A DNA stretch of 64,000 nt, taken from contig DASSHG010000009.1 of NCBI GenBank assembly GCA_035692985.1, positions 7,717 through 71,716 on the forward strand, given 5' to 3'. Position 1 is the stretch's first letter. Each line of letters starts with the position of its first letter. The position numbers and the translations under genes are program-made. This DNA comes from Candidatus Saccharimonadales bacterium. Lineage in GTDB: Bacteria; Patescibacteriota; Saccharimonadia; Saccharimonadales; UBA4665. Below, piece by piece: positions 52,086 through 62,577 of this stretch. The notes under the pieces were generated by a model. That model had not been told where the DNA came from and ran no database searches. It worked only from the letters and a program-made list of their open reading frames with translations.

Positions 52086-53863
52086 TCCTTCCTTTTTAGC
52101 ATGACAGTGAAAGCCTCGGCTGGAATGTCGACTTTGCCGAATTTTTTGAGGCGTTTTTTGCCTTTGGCCTGTTTGGCCAATTGTTTCTTTTTGCGGGAGA
52201 CGTCGCCGCCGTACAGGCCGGATGTGACGTCTTTGCGGTAAGCGCTGAGATCTTCGCGGGCGATGAATTTGCCGCCGATAGCCGCCTGCAAAGCAACTTT
52301 GAAATTCTGCCGCGGAATGACGTCTTTGAGTTTTTCGACCGTTTCGCGGCCTAGCTTTTGGGCCTCGCTGCGGTGGGCCATGACGCTCAGCGCGCCGACA
52401 ATCTCACCGGCCACGTAAAAATCGACCCGTACTAAATCTTCTGGCCGGTAATCGGCCAATTCGTAATTGAATGACCCGTAACCGCTGGTCAGGCTTTTGA
52501 GCTGGTCGTAAAAATCTGTCAATAGATTGGCCAGCGGCGCCTCAAAACTTATGACCGCTCTTTTGTCGACATAGCTAATGTTCTTTTGCTGGCCGCGCTT
52601 GGCACTGATAAGCTGGATGACCGGTCCGACGTAATCCTGCGGCACAATGATTTCACCGTTAATCCATGGCTCATGGATTTCTTTGATTTTGGCGGGATCG
52701 GGCAGATCGGCGGCGCTTTTTATATCCAGGTCCGCGTCGCCCAATAAGACGACGTGATAGTCAGTCGACGGGTTGGTGACGATAAGTTCCAGGTTATATT
52801 CGCGCTCCAGCCGCTCGCGGATAATGTCCATGTGCAACAAGCCGAGGAAACCGACTCGCACGCCGAAACCCAGCACCGGTGAATTTTCCGGCGCGAACCT
52901 GAGCGCCGAATCGCTCAGGCTGAGTTTTTCGACGGCATCTTTTAGGAGCTGGTAATTTTCGCTGCTATCCGGGAAAAAGCCGGCATAGACGAACGGCTGG
53001 ACGTCTTTATAGCCCGGTAATGGTATGGCGGCAGTATGGGCGTTTAAAGTAATCGTATCACCCACTTTTGCCTCTCTCGTGCTCTTGAGATTAGTTACGA
53101 TGTAACCGATTTCACCCGCGCCCAATGATTTCTCGGCAGTCATTTCCGGCGTTAGCGCACCGACTTCTAATGCTAGGCCGCTAGCGTTGGTGGCCATCAT
53201 TTTAATCTGTGTGTTTTTATCTATCGCGCCGTCAAAAACCCGCACATATAGAATGACGCCGCGGTAATCATCGTAATATGAATCGAAAATTAGCGCCCTG
53301 GTCTCTGTCTTTTCCGATTTTTTAGGCGCGGGAACTTTATCAATGACGGCTTGCAGAACCGCTTCGACGTTCTGGCCGGTTTTGGCCGAGATCTCGATGA
53401 TATCTTGGCGCTCACAGCCGAGCAAGCTAACGATCTCGGCGCTCACCCGCTCCGTGTCAGCAGCCGGCAGATCAATCTTGTTAAGCACCGGTATGATAGT
53501 CAGATTAGCGTCCATGGCTAAATACACATTGGCCAGCGTCTGCGCCTGGATGCCCTGCGTAGCATCCACCACCAGCAGCGCGCCTTCGCAGGCTTGCAAA
53601 CTGCGCGACACTTCGTAGCTGAAATCCACGTGGCCGGGCGTATCAATCAGGTTCAGCTCGTAGCCATCATGGCGCATTCGCACCGGCGCCAGCTTGATAG
53701 TAATGCCTTTTTCACGTTCCAGCTCCATCTTGTCTAGAAGCTGGGCTTTCATGTCGCGCTTCTGCACGGTGCCAGTCAGCTCGAGCAACCTGTCGGCCAG
53801 CGTCGACTTACCGTGGTCAATATGAGCAATGATACAAAAATTGCGTATGTGGTTCTGAGTCAT
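52082..53863 (-). CDS. lepA: translation elongation factor 4 (LepA)
   Basis: IRNFCIIAHIDHGKSTLADR, DTPGHVDF, NKID, and the LepA C-terminal domain. Confidence 0.95.
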   Translation of the reverse strand: MTQNHIRNFCIIAHIDHGKSTLADRLLELTGTVQKRDMKAQLLDKMELEREKGITIKLAPVRMRHDGYELNLIDTPGHVDFSYEVSRSLQACEGALLVVDATQGIQAQTLANVYLAMDANLTIIPVLNKIDLPAADTERVSAEIVSLLGCERQDIIEISAKTGQNVEAVLQAVIDKVPAPKKSEKTETRALIFDSYYDDYRGVILYVRVFDGAIDKNTQIKMMATNASGLALEVGALTPEMTAEKSLGAGEIGYIVTNLKSTREAKVGDTITLNAHTAAIPLPGYKDVQPFVYAGFFPDSSENYQLLKDAVEKLSLSDSALRFAPENSPVLGFGVRVGFLGLLHMDIIRERLEREYNLELIVTNPSTDYHVVLLGDADLDIKSAADLPDPAKIKEIHEPWINGEIIVPQDYVGPVIQLISAKRGQQKNISYVDKRAVISFEAPLANLLTDFYDQLKSLTSGYGSFNYELADYRPEDLVRVDFYVAGEIVGALSVMAHRSEAQKLGRETVEKLKDVIPRQNFKVALQAAIGGKFIAREDLSAYRKDVTSGLYGGDVSRKKKQLAKQAKGKKRLKKFGKVDIPAEAFTVMLKRKD

Positions 53864-53931
53864 TCGTTCCAGTATAACAGAGGTGCGGTAATGAGCTTGC
53901 TTTTTAAAAAATTTGATGAATAATATACTGT

Positions 53932-54522
53932 ATGTCAGAACTTACGACAGATACTGGCCAAGCCGCGTCCCCCGGCACAAGATTAATGCACCTTTACCAT
54001 GATTTATGGCGCGCCAATAATACAATAGAGTCAAATGGCGACATTCTACGGGGCTCCCTTGATGATGCTGTGGGTACATTTATAAACACCGGGCTAAACA
54101 ACGAAAGAGTCCAATCTGGCCATATTACTCTAGAAGAGTTAGCCAAATTAGGTAAAACTGCGCTTGAAACGTATAGTGCCCGCCAGGTAGCTGAGTCTGA
54201 AAGTATGGAAGCAGAACACAGAAAAGATACGGTAATAAAATCTATTAGCGAGGTGTGCGCCGAGCTAGTTGGCAGCACCGTACACGTAGAGGCTATCGAC
54301 AAGCCAGGATCCATTAAGCCCATCCTATATAGGTCAAGCCCTTGGAATAGAGACAAGTGGGCACCTCAAGCAAGCGGTTTATTAGCCCGTTCACGATCAT
54401 ATGAACGACTTAGGTTACTGCCTAGAGGTTTCTTGAGTAGCCTGCGTGGTAGTGATTACGTCGTAGGGCCTTTCTTCGATAGCGACGGTGATCAAATAGT
54501 AGAGCTTACGATTGAAGCTTAG
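53932..54522 (+). CDS. hypothetical protein (196 aa)
   Basis: ORF with no recognisable motif. Convergent with radC, overlapping it by 4 nt. Confidence 0.5.
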   Translation: MSELTTDTGQAASPGTRLMHLYHDLWRANNTIESNGDILRGSLDDAVGTFINTGLNNERVQSGHITLEELAKLGKTALETYSARQVAESESMEAEHRKDTVIKSISEVCAELVGSTVHVEAIDKPGSIKPILYRSSPWNRDKWAPQASGLLARSRSYERLRLLPRGFLSSLRGSDYVVGPFFDSDGDQIVELTIEA

Positions 54523-55286
54523 TCTTTCCCCTCAATCATTTCCAGGATGCTGACATATTGGCCGGGCGTAATGACCAGATGGTCAAGCAGTTCGATGCCG
54601 AGAACTTTGCCGGCAGCGATTAACTGTTCGGTGATATGAATGTCGGGCGTGGTCGGTTCCAGCTGGCCGGATGGGTGATTGTGCGCCAGGATGATCGCCA
54701 CGGCACCGCGTTCAATCGCCGGCTGGAAAACCTCGCGCGGATGCACTACGTTGGAAGTCAAGCTGCCGATAGAGATTACCTCGTCGTGTACAACCCGGTA
54801 GCGGCTATTTAGGTATAGGCCGCGCAGCTGCTCTTTTTGGTTGGTTCCGATCTCCTTAAGGTATTGGTAGGCTTGTTTGGCGTTGCGGACGTGGACCGGC
54901 CGACCCGATGTTTGGCGGGCATAAAAACGCCGCCCCAGCTCCAGGCTGGCAACTATCTGGCAGGCTTTGTTCAGGGAAATTTCCGCGGTCTGGCTAAGGC
55001 GCTGTGGGTTGAACTCGCTGGCAATCGCCTTTTCGCCGTATTCGCGCAGAGTGCGGCGGGCCATAGCTAAAACATCTTCGTTGCGGTTGCCTACGCCCCA
55101 TAAGATAGCTACCAGCTCGGCAACTGAAAGGTTGGTCGCGCCGCTGTGCAGCATGCGCTCGCGTGGCCGTTCGTCTTCGGGCAGGTCTTTGACGCGCAGT
55201 ACATACTGCGGATCAGTTTCGGTAAAAACCAGGTCATGGTCTGTGACGGCATAATCAGTGCTGGTTTTCACAAGTGTCTGTGGCAT
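54519..55286 (-). CDS. radC: RadC-like JAB-domain protein
   Basis: DERPRERM..., HhH region, ILAHNHPSG. Confidence 0.85.
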   Translation of the reverse strand: MPQTLVKTSTDYAVTDHDLVFTETDPQYVLRVKDLPEDERPRERMLHSGATNLSVAELVAILWGVGNRNEDVLAMARRTLREYGEKAIASEFNPQRLSQTAEISLNKACQIVASLELGRRFYARQTSGRPVHVRNAKQAYQYLKEIGTNQKEQLRGLYLNSRYRVVHDEVISIGSLTSNVVHPREVFQPAIERGAVAIILAHNHPSGQLEPTTPDIHITEQLIAAGKVLGIELLDHLVITPGQYVSILEMIEGKD

Positions 55287-55347
55287 AGCCCTAATTATAC
55301 CTCCCTCTACCCCAAAAAATATTAAATCTTTGTTAAATAAGACAAAA

Positions 55348-56946
55348 TTACAATCCCAGCTTGATTGGTTTCAGGATAATTTTACGCAGCCGGTTAAAGA
55401 GCGGTTTGACCTCATCCAGGCCGAACAGCGCCGATACGCCAATATGAACGCCGAAAGTAACAGCGGCTATAAGCAGTAACTTGGAACCCAGCTCAAAAAT
55501 ACCTTTATCCTTAATGCCGAGCGGATATAGCGATATCATAACGAAAGCGGCGACCACGCTAAAGCCGGTTACCGACACAATACGCCAGACACCGCCCCAG
55601 AAACGGACATCAAACAGCTTGGGGTCGCGTACCAGCATGATGATTGACAGCACAAAAACTTCTAGCGCGGCAACGATTGACTGAGCCAGTGCCAGACCGG
55701 CTACGCCGTAAGCGCGAGGCCGGGACAAGCTAATCGCCAGGAATACGTTCAGAGCGATAACAAATAGCGAAACAACCAGCGGGGTAATAGTGTCTTTTTG
55801 GGCATAATACCAGCGCGAAATCAGCGAATATAATATGCGGAAGAAGATGGCCGCCGCGAGAAAACCAAAGATGGTGGCGATCTGGTTGTTGCCGTTAGTA
55901 TAAATCAAGCGAGCCAGGTAGCCGCGGGCGAAGTAGCAAACCGTCACCAGCGGCGCGCTAATCCAAATCATAGCCCGTAGGACCGTTAAGAAATCTTTTC
56001 GGAATAGATCCGGCCGGTGCTGGCTGAGCCGCGCATTAAGCCGCGGGAAAGCCGCCGTGGAAATAGCCGTGCCAATGAGTAAAATCGGTGCCGTGCTCAA
56101 AATATAGGCATTGCTCCAATAGGTTATACTGCCCGATCCCAGACCGCTGGCAATATGTGTCTCAACTACGTTTTCAACCTGGTCCATGCCCTGGTCCAGC
56201 GAGCGCGGAGGCAAGTTGCGCAGCACGGTGTGGAATTCACGGCTTTTCCACATAATGTTCGGCCGCCAATTAAAACTGGTGCCCCACAAGCCGCAAGCCA
56301 CTATTATCAACTGCAAAACGGCGCCAATCAGGGCGCCTACGCCCAAACCAACCAACCCAATATTGTCCTTGAAAATAAAGATACTCATAATGATCGACAG
56401 GTTGTAAAACAGCGGTGCGATGGCAAAGAAGAAAAAGCGCCCCATAGTTTGCTGGACACTGGTCAGGATTCCGGAAATAGTAAATAGCAACGGGTTAAGA
56501 GCCAGGAAGCGCATAATGGTGGCCGCAGTATGCAGCTGCGTCGGCGACAAGCCTGGCGCCACGATATGCTTAATAAGCGGTTCGGCAAAAATCAGGATGA
56601 TAACTGCTACCACTGCCATGATGATAGCCAGCAGGTTCAGCAGCGAGTCAGCCAGCTCCCAGGCGCTGCGCCGGCCAATACGATGCAGCCGGTCTGATAA
56701 AACAGGCATGAAAGCCACGCCCAAAGCACCGGCCGCCAACGTGAAAAAGAAAAAATCCGGAATGGTGAAAGCGGCGAAATAGGCATCGGTGCTTTGCGGT
56801 CCGGTGGTTGGGAAGTTAGCATTTACCAGCTTGGTGCGCAAGAAACCCAGCAATTGGCCGGCAAAAGCCGTCGACATTAGCAATAAAGCGGCATTGCTGA
56901 TGTTGATGCGCGGCTTCTTTTTTATCGGCGCGGTCGGGCTATTCAT
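55348..56946 (-). CDS. murJ: lipid II flippase MurJ (MviN)
   Basis: 532 aa with about 14 TM helices. The N-terminus ...LLMSTAFAGQLLGFLRTKLVNANF is typical. Confidence 0.8.
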   Translation of the reverse strand: MNSPTAPIKKKPRINISNAALLLMSTAFAGQLLGFLRTKLVNANFPTTGPQSTDAYFAAFTIPDFFFFTLAAGALGVAFMPVLSDRLHRIGRRSAWELADSLLNLLAIIMAVVAVIILIFAEPLIKHIVAPGLSPTQLHTAATIMRFLALNPLLFTISGILTSVQQTMGRFFFFAIAPLFYNLSIIMSIFIFKDNIGLVGLGVGALIGAVLQLIIVACGLWGTSFNWRPNIMWKSREFHTVLRNLPPRSLDQGMDQVENVVETHIASGLGSGSITYWSNAYILSTAPILLIGTAISTAAFPRLNARLSQHRPDLFRKDFLTVLRAMIWISAPLVTVCYFARGYLARLIYTNGNNQIATIFGFLAAAIFFRILYSLISRWYYAQKDTITPLVVSLFVIALNVFLAISLSRPRAYGVAGLALAQSIVAALEVFVLSIIMLVRDPKLFDVRFWGGVWRIVSVTGFSVVAAFVMISLYPLGIKDKGIFELGSKLLLIAAVTFGVHIGVSALFGLDEVKPLFNRLRKIILKPIKLGL

Positions 56947-57007
56947 TGTTCAATTCACCCTATAGTATAAAGCAGCCGGTGGTGAGATAACAGGGCAATT
57001 ATAGCTA

Positions 57008-58876
57008 TTAATACAAGCTGGCGCCGGCAGGCATTTTGGAGCCTTTGAGGGTTTCCAGGACTTCGTCGGCGTTGACGGTTTCTTTTTCCAGCAGCCTGTC
57101 TTTGAGTTTTTCGAGATGTGACAGGTTGGCTTTTATAACGGTGCGGGCGCGGGTAGCCGCTTCCGTGATCAGTGACTCTACTTCGTCATCGATGGCTTTG
57201 GCCGTTTCGTCGGAGTAGTCGCGTTCGTGAATGAGCTTGTCGATCATCATGCCGTCATCGGTCTTGAAGACCTGGTCGCGCAGTTTCTGGCCCATGCCCT
57301 GGTTGACAATCATATCGCGGGCTACTTCGGCGGCATGTTGCAAGTCGTTGCTGGCGCCGGTGGTTATGCGGTCTTTGCCCAGCACCACTTCCTCGGCGAT
57401 GCGGCCGCCGAGGCCGCGGGCCAGCATATCTTTGAATTGTATGAGCGAAACGAACACCCTGTCTTCGGGCGGGATGAACCAGGTTACACCGCCGGCGGCA
57501 CCGCGCGGAATAATAGTCACTTTGTGCACCGGATCGCTATCCGGCAATACGTGGCCCACCAAAGCATGTCCGGCTTCGTGGTAGGCGGTTGTTAGCTTAT
57601 CGGCCTCGGTCATAACTTTGCTCTTGCGTTCCGGACCAATGGCGACGCGCTCAAAAGCGTCGGTTACGTCATGCTCGGTGATTTCATTATGCGAGTTGCG
57701 GGCGGCGATGATGGCTGACTCATTGGCTATGTTGGCTAGGTCGGCGCCGGATGAGCCGGCGGCTTTGGCGGCCAGAGAATCGAGGTCGACTTTTTTGCTA
57801 AGCGGCTTTTTGGCAAAATGGACCTTCAGGATGGCTTCGCGGTCTTTGCGGTCCGGCAGACTGATGTTAACCCGGCGGTCAAACCGGCCGGGTCGCAACA
57901 GCGCCGGGTCAAGCACGTCAGACCGGTTAGTGGCGGCTAAGACAATAACGTTTTGGCCCTGTTCAAAACCGTCCATCTCTACCAGGATCTGGTTCAGTGT
58001 TTGTTCGCGCTCGTCGTGTCCGCCACCCATGCCGGAACCGCGGCGACGGCCAACGGCATCAATTTCATCAACGAAAATAATACATGGGGCGTTCTTTTTG
58101 GCTTTGGCGAACAGGTCGCGCACCCGGCTGGCACCGACGCCGACGAACATTTCCACGAACTCAGAACCGGAAATACTAAAGAATGGCACATTGGCCTCGC
58201 CGGCGGCGGCCCGGGCTAGCATGGTCTTGCCAGTGCCCGGCGGGCCGACCAGCAACACGCCTTTGGGAATCCGGGCGCCCATACTGGCGAATTTTTTAGG
58301 AAATTTAAGGAATTCAACGACTTCTTCCAAATCTTGCTTGGCCTCAGCGCTGCCGGCAATCTCTTTAAATGTCATTTTATCTTTTTCGTTGCCGTAGAGG
58401 CGGGCCCGGCTTTTGCCGAAACTCAGCGCCTGGTTGCCCTGGCCCTGGGCGCTCCGCAGCATGTAATAAAGAATGCCGCCGATTAACAGCACCGGTACGA
58501 TAGCCTCGGCCAAGCCGAGCCAAGTAGAGTTACTGCTGGAGGCGGGCTTGTACGAAACAGAGACTTTGGAAGTATTGAAACCCTGCTCTTTCAAGCTGGA
58601 GTTAGTGTCCACATAGGTCTTTAGGGTAGCGCGGCTCTCGCCTTTCGGTGTAATATCTAGCTCGTTATTGCTGACTACTATTTTGCTGTACTTACCGGCG
58701 TTGGTATCAGCGATTGCCTGGCTGGCGGAAATAGTCTTTAGCGAACTGGGTTGGTTCACTGCCGCCACAATCACCAGACCGAATAATATAATCAGCGCGA
58801 TAAAACCCGCATTTTTCATGCCGCGATTATTGCCCTTGGTTGGCTTACGATTGGGCCGTAAGGATTTTTTATCCAT
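57008..58876 (-). CDS. ftsH: ATP-dependent zinc metalloprotease FtsH
   Basis: [20 protein letters not shown] region, HEAGHAL. Confidence 0.97.
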   Translation of the reverse strand: MDKKSLRPNRKPTKGNNRGMKNAGFIALIILFGLVIVAAVNQPSSLKTISASQAIADTNAGKYSKIVVSNNELDITPKGESRATLKTYVDTNSSLKEQGFNTSKVSVSYKPASSSNSTWLGLAEAIVPVLLIGGILYYMLRSAQGQGNQALSFGKSRARLYGNEKDKMTFKEIAGSAEAKQDLEEVVEFLKFPKKFASMGARIPKGVLLVGPPGTGKTMLARAAAGEANVPFFSISGSEFVEMFVGVGASRVRDLFAKAKKNAPCIIFVDEIDAVGRRRGSGMGGGHDEREQTLNQILVEMDGFEQGQNVIVLAATNRSDVLDPALLRPGRFDRRVNISLPDRKDREAILKVHFAKKPLSKKVDLDSLAAKAAGSSGADLANIANESAIIAARNSHNEITEHDVTDAFERVAIGPERKSKVMTEADKLTTAYHEAGHALVGHVLPDSDPVHKVTIIPRGAAGGVTWFIPPEDRVFVSLIQFKDMLARGLGGRIAEEVVLGKDRITTGASNDLQHAAEVARDMIVNQGMGQKLRDQVFKTDDGMMIDKLIHERDYSDETAKAIDDEVESLITEAATRARTVIKANLSHLEKLKDRLLEKETVNADEVLETLKGSKMPAGASLY

Positions 58877-58909
58877 GGCTAAGATTATACCCTCGCATGT
58901 AAATTTTTC

Positions 58910-59785
58910 CTAGCGCTCTGCCACGACGAGTGCCAAACTATCGTGCTGGGCTTTCATAATGGCCCCTCCCGCCACATCGAATTGCCGGTCAGTCGGCCCT
59001 GTCTTAGCGGCTACTACTAGCCTCTCCAGCGTCCTGCGATCAAAGTCGCGGATGTCATGCTGGCGCAACCACGCAGCCATAACCTCCAGTGACACTTGAT
59101 GCGGCAGTTGGTTAAACCACAGCTTATCTATGAGTTGGCCACTGATTTGCTGTCCTAAAAATATGTCGAGTTCGTTATTATTATCCCGCGCTTGTTCCAA
59201 AAGTTTTAAAAAAGCTTGCCTATTTTGTTCGTCAAAACGCGGCACAAGATTGTGGCGGATGTAATTCCGCAAATAAGTCCGGTCTGTATTGGTGCTGTCT
59301 TCGCGCCACTCTAAGCCATGCCGATGAGCATAGGCAATGAGGTCCTTTTTAGGTACTTTGAGCAGCGGCCGTTTTAGGCCTGGCCGGTCACCAAGAGCGC
59401 TCAAACCTTTCCGGCCGGTTCCGCGCAACAGATTAATAATGGCTGTTTCCAGAACGTCATCCTGGTGATGGGCAGTGATAATTGCATGGGCCCCATACTT
59501 ATGCTGGATTTTTTTTAGGAAGTCATAACGGGCCTGCCGGGCTGCGGCCTCGCTGGCACCGGCTCCCAGCCGGCCTTCGGCGCACTCAAACGGTACATCG
59601 TAATTCCGTGTCAAAGACTCCGCGAACCACTTGTCTTGGGTTGAATCACTCCGCATGCCATGGTCAAAATGCGCCACCACGAGGTCTACATTAGGCAACC
59701 CGCATAGCAAATCCAGCAAAACCACCGAATCCACGCCGCCTGATACGGCAACTACATACTTGCCCGGCTCCAGCTTAATATCCAT
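58910..59785 (-). CDS. tilS: tRNA(Ile)-lysidine synthetase TilS
   Basis: PP-loop VAVSGGVDSVVLL. It occupies the conserved position upstream of ftsH. Confidence 0.85.
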   Translation of the reverse strand: MDIKLEPGKYVVAVSGGVDSVVLLDLLCGLPNVDLVVAHFDHGMRSDSTQDKWFAESLTRNYDVPFECAEGRLGAGASEAAARQARYDFLKKIQHKYGAHAIITAHHQDDVLETAIINLLRGTGRKGLSALGDRPGLKRPLLKVPKKDLIAYAHRHGLEWREDSTNTDRTYLRNYIRHNLVPRFDEQNRQAFLKLLEQARDNNNELDIFLGQQISGQLIDKLWFNQLPHQVSLEVMAAWLRQHDIRDFDRRTLERLVVAAKTGPTDRQFDVAGGAIMKAQHDSLALVVAER

Positions 59786-59801
59786 CCAGTATAATTATAG
59801 T

Positions 59802-60344
59802 GTGAAACAGCTCTACTTCATACGCCACGGCGAAAGCGAGTTCAATGCCGCCCATGTCTGGAACGGTTCATCGGACACGCCGCTGACGCCCAAAGGCCGC
59901 GAACAGGCCAAACTGGCGGGACAAAGGGCTCGCCAGCAAGGTCTGGCGTTCGATGTTATTATCAGCTCGCCGCTCTCACGAGCTCACGATACAGCTAAAC
60001 ACGTGGCTTCCGAACTAGACTATCCCCATGACAAGATTATCCTCAGCGACCACTTTATAGAACGCGATTTTGGCAATCTGGAAGGCCGCAAAGACCTGGT
60101 GGCCGGCACTAAATATTTCATAGACGAGTCAGCCATAGACCCTTACGATGGCGTGGAACGGTTGCAAGACCTACAGAAACGCATGGATGATTTCCTAGCT
60201 TACCTGCATAGTCTGCCGCACGACACGATTCTGGTAGTTGGCCACGGCGGCTCCGGACGGGCTTTGCGCCGGGCCATCCACAAAGAGCCGCTAGGCAAGC
60301 GCGGTAAAAGCCTCGGCAACGCCGAACTAGTGAGGTTTATATGA
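59802..60344 (+). CDS. histidine phosphatase (phosphoglycerate mutase-like) family protein
   Basis: LYFIRHGESEFN and ...VVGHGGSGRAL. GTG 59802 lies 6 nt after TATAAT. The track ORF start at 59631 lies inside tilS. Confidence 0.75.
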   Translation: MKQLYFIRHGESEFNAAHVWNGSSDTPLTPKGREQAKLAGQRARQQGLAFDVIISSPLSRAHDTAKHVASELDYPHDKIILSDHFIERDFGNLEGRKDLVAGTKYFIDESAIDPYDGVERLQDLQKRMDDFLAYLHSLPHDTILVVGHGGSGRALRRAIHKEPLGKRGKSLGNAELVRFI

Positions 60345-60964
60345 CAAAGCAAGGTAACCTACCATCAATGGACAGGCTAATGGAGCTGCAGCAACTAATC
60401 GCCGATTTTGCTGATATTAAACGCATGGTACCTATCATGGATAAGCAACGCAGCGAAAATGATGTTGAACATAGTTACGGACTGGCGCTTACCTGCTGGT
60501 TCCTAGCACCCAAAATTGCCCCGACTTTAGCTTTAACTAAAATCCTCAAGTATGCCCTCGCCCATGACATAGTAGAAATACATAGCGGTGATGTTTTCGC
60601 ATTTGATAAAAAGAAAGTCCACACCAAAGATGCCCAAGAAGATAGGGCGCTGAATAAACTGGGTCGGGAGTGGGCAGATTTTCCTGAGTTAGTCGATGCT
60701 GCCCGTACTTATAAAAACAAGAGTGATGCCGAAGCCAGATTCGTGTATGCGGTAGATAAAATATTGCCAGCGATCATGACTAAAATCGGTGTAGATGAAA
60801 AATTTTGGACAAAACATAAAATAACGCGTGAGATGCACGAAACAGAAAAGCGCACTAAGATGAGTCATTCGCCAGAGGTTCTACCTTATGTAGACCTGAT
60901 TAATGAATGGATGCTCAACCCTGACAGATTTTATAAGCCATCACGAGCTGGCCAACAGATGTGA
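60341..60964 (+). CDS. HD-domain phosphohydrolase (YfbR-like 5'-nucleotidase family)
   Basis: VEHSYGLA...ALAHDIVEIHSGD. ATGA overlap with the upstream gene. Confidence 0.7.
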   Translation: MTKQGNLPSMDRLMELQQLIADFADIKRMVPIMDKQRSENDVEHSYGLALTCWFLAPKIAPTLALTKILKYALAHDIVEIHSGDVFAFDKKKVHTKDAQEDRALNKLGREWADFPELVDAARTYKNKSDAEARFVYAVDKILPAIMTKIGVDEKFWTKHKITREMHETEKRTKMSHSPEVLPYVDLINEWMLNPDRFYKPSRAGQQM

Positions 60965-60996
60965 ATCGTGGTATATTTTACCCTGATACGGCATAC

Positions 60997-61073
60997 GGCG
61001 GCGTAGCTCAGTTGGTTAGAGCACAGGACTCATAAGCCTGGGGTCAGTGGTTCAAGTCCACTCGCCGCTACCA
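60997..61073 (+). tRNA. tRNA-Met, elongator-like (anticodon CAT), CCA encoded
   Basis: GGCGGCGTAGCTCAGTTGGTTAGAGCACAGGACTCATAAGCCTGGGGTC... is very close to enterobacterial elongator tRNA-Met. tRNA-Ile2 (lysidine) cannot be excluded. Confidence 0.8.
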
Positions 61074-61133
61074 TTTTTATTCATGCTTATGCTTGCTCAC
61101 GAGTTGTTAGATAGTTTAGGATAATGACAGCTT

Positions 61134-61832
61134 ATGTCCAATCCTGAACATACTACAAATCATGACATTGACAACTACATTCATCCTCCCCTAAATCCTG
61201 GTTCTGATCCTGCCGAAACAGCCGTTAGGCTGGAAGCCAAACGAGCTAAAATTAGACAATCTATGGAGACTTTCAGTCAGCGGCAGGCGGCATCGGCGGC
61301 CAGAGCCCAGGCCCGGAAAGACAAACGTGACCGCGAACTGCTAGCCCAGCGAGAGGGTAAAACTTACCGCCGGCCAAAACTGACTTATAAAGACAACCCA
61401 ACGGGCTATGGCTGGCTCATACCTAAAGATGGCAGCACGCCGCCTATCTTAGTTTCTCACGACGCAAAGACCGACGGTCTCTTCATCTCACGAAATGGTG
61501 ATGACGAAAAAAGCCAGAAAAGTCCGGTCTTTGAGCTGATTTACCAAGGCTCCTGGGACATAGTTAATCTTCTGGAGATGCAGGTCTTGCCTGACACTAC
61601 AGAAGATCAACCGCCGCGACACCTAGCTTTTTTTGATAAAAAAGGAGTGTTCTACGATCAGGCCAGGCTAAAGAGGCTTGACGAACATCTTCATAACGAT
61701 GGCGAGACATTTTCCGTCAAGCACACTGCCGTCTTTTCCCTGCCACACAATGGCAAGGAGTATGATATGCCCATAGCTATTGATAACATTTATTGCATCT
61801 CTCTGGCTAGGCCAGAAGACCCCGGTTCTTAA
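61134..61832 (+). CDS. hypothetical protein (232 aa)
   Basis: ORF with GATAAT 8 nt before the ATG. No motif recognised. Confidence 0.5.
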   Translation: MSNPEHTTNHDIDNYIHPPLNPGSDPAETAVRLEAKRAKIRQSMETFSQRQAASAARAQARKDKRDRELLAQREGKTYRRPKLTYKDNPTGYGWLIPKDGSTPPILVSHDAKTDGLFISRNGDDEKSQKSPVFELIYQGSWDIVNLLEMQVLPDTTEDQPPRHLAFFDKKGVFYDQARLKRLDEHLHNDGETFSVKHTAVFSLPHNGKEYDMPIAIDNIYCISLARPEDPGS

Positions 61833-62061
61833 GCAGAAAAATTTTAGATGCTTTGTCTAGATAACTAGAGCTTTTCCAATATAAGATCAACTTCTTTGAT
61901 CTCCTGGTCGGGTGTGGCCACGTACTCAAACGATAGGCCGCTGGAAGATTTCACTACAATTACTCCTTTTTTGTTTTATTTTTTAGTGTTGGTTTATTTT
62001 TGTTTGGATTAACCTATGTCCATAATACCGTTTATGCTTACCGCGGCACAAGTGCGTTAGG

Positions 62062-62430
62062 TCAATAATGTGTTGTATTTTTTGCAGATTTGTTGGTCAC
62101 CCAGACAGCTACCACAGCCAGCACTACCAGAATAGCCACCACGACCAGCAAGACACCATTCGGATGATGCTGCGGTTTGGGGTCCGGTTTAGTCGTTTGG
62201 GCAACGGTTTGCGTCGAGGCGTCCAGGTTGGCCACCGGCAAGATAGTACTGTTTAACGGAATGCCGTCGCTGCCGCCCCCCGGTCCAGCCAAAAGACTAT
62301 CAGCCGTACCCGGCTGAACGCTCTTAGCCGCCGCGGCCGGCGGCGCGCCGGAACCAGCCGACATTTGCGGGCTCTGGGTGTTTGCCTGGCTGGTAGGTCC
62401 CCCACCGCCGCCAGTAATTGATAGTGCCAT
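62062..62430 (-). CDS. C-terminally anchored Gly/Pro/Ala-rich surface protein (122 aa)
   Basis: Low-complexity N-terminal part and the TM helix LLVVVAILVVLAVVAVWV near the C-terminus. Confidence 0.45.
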   Translation of the reverse strand: MALSITGGGGGPTSQANTQSPQMSAGSGAPPAAAAKSVQPGTADSLLAGPGGGSDGIPLNSTILPVANLDASTQTVAQTTKPDPKPQHHPNGVLLVVVAILVVLAVVAVWVTNKSAKNTTHY

Positions 62431-62577
62431 TACGCCCTATTGTAAAGTACCTGGCCAGGATTAACTACTTTTTCTTAGCCCTGGAAACAGTCGGCAAGCG
62501 GCCGCATGACAATGAACTCGCGTGGCTAGGTTAGCGGACATTAGCGGCAAGATAGACTATATCAGGCTGCCAAATTA

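Noticed and set aside
61846-61857. 12-nt string TAGATGCTTTGT repeated at 63445-63456
   Set aside because: A single 12-mer coincidence is expected many times over by chance in 64 kb on two strands, and there is no extended similarity around it.
61868-61957. 29-aa minus-strand ORF (VKSSSGLSFEYVATPDQEIKEVDLILEKL) with GGAG upstream
   Set aside because: It is too short and featureless to support, and it has no neighbouring partner gene.
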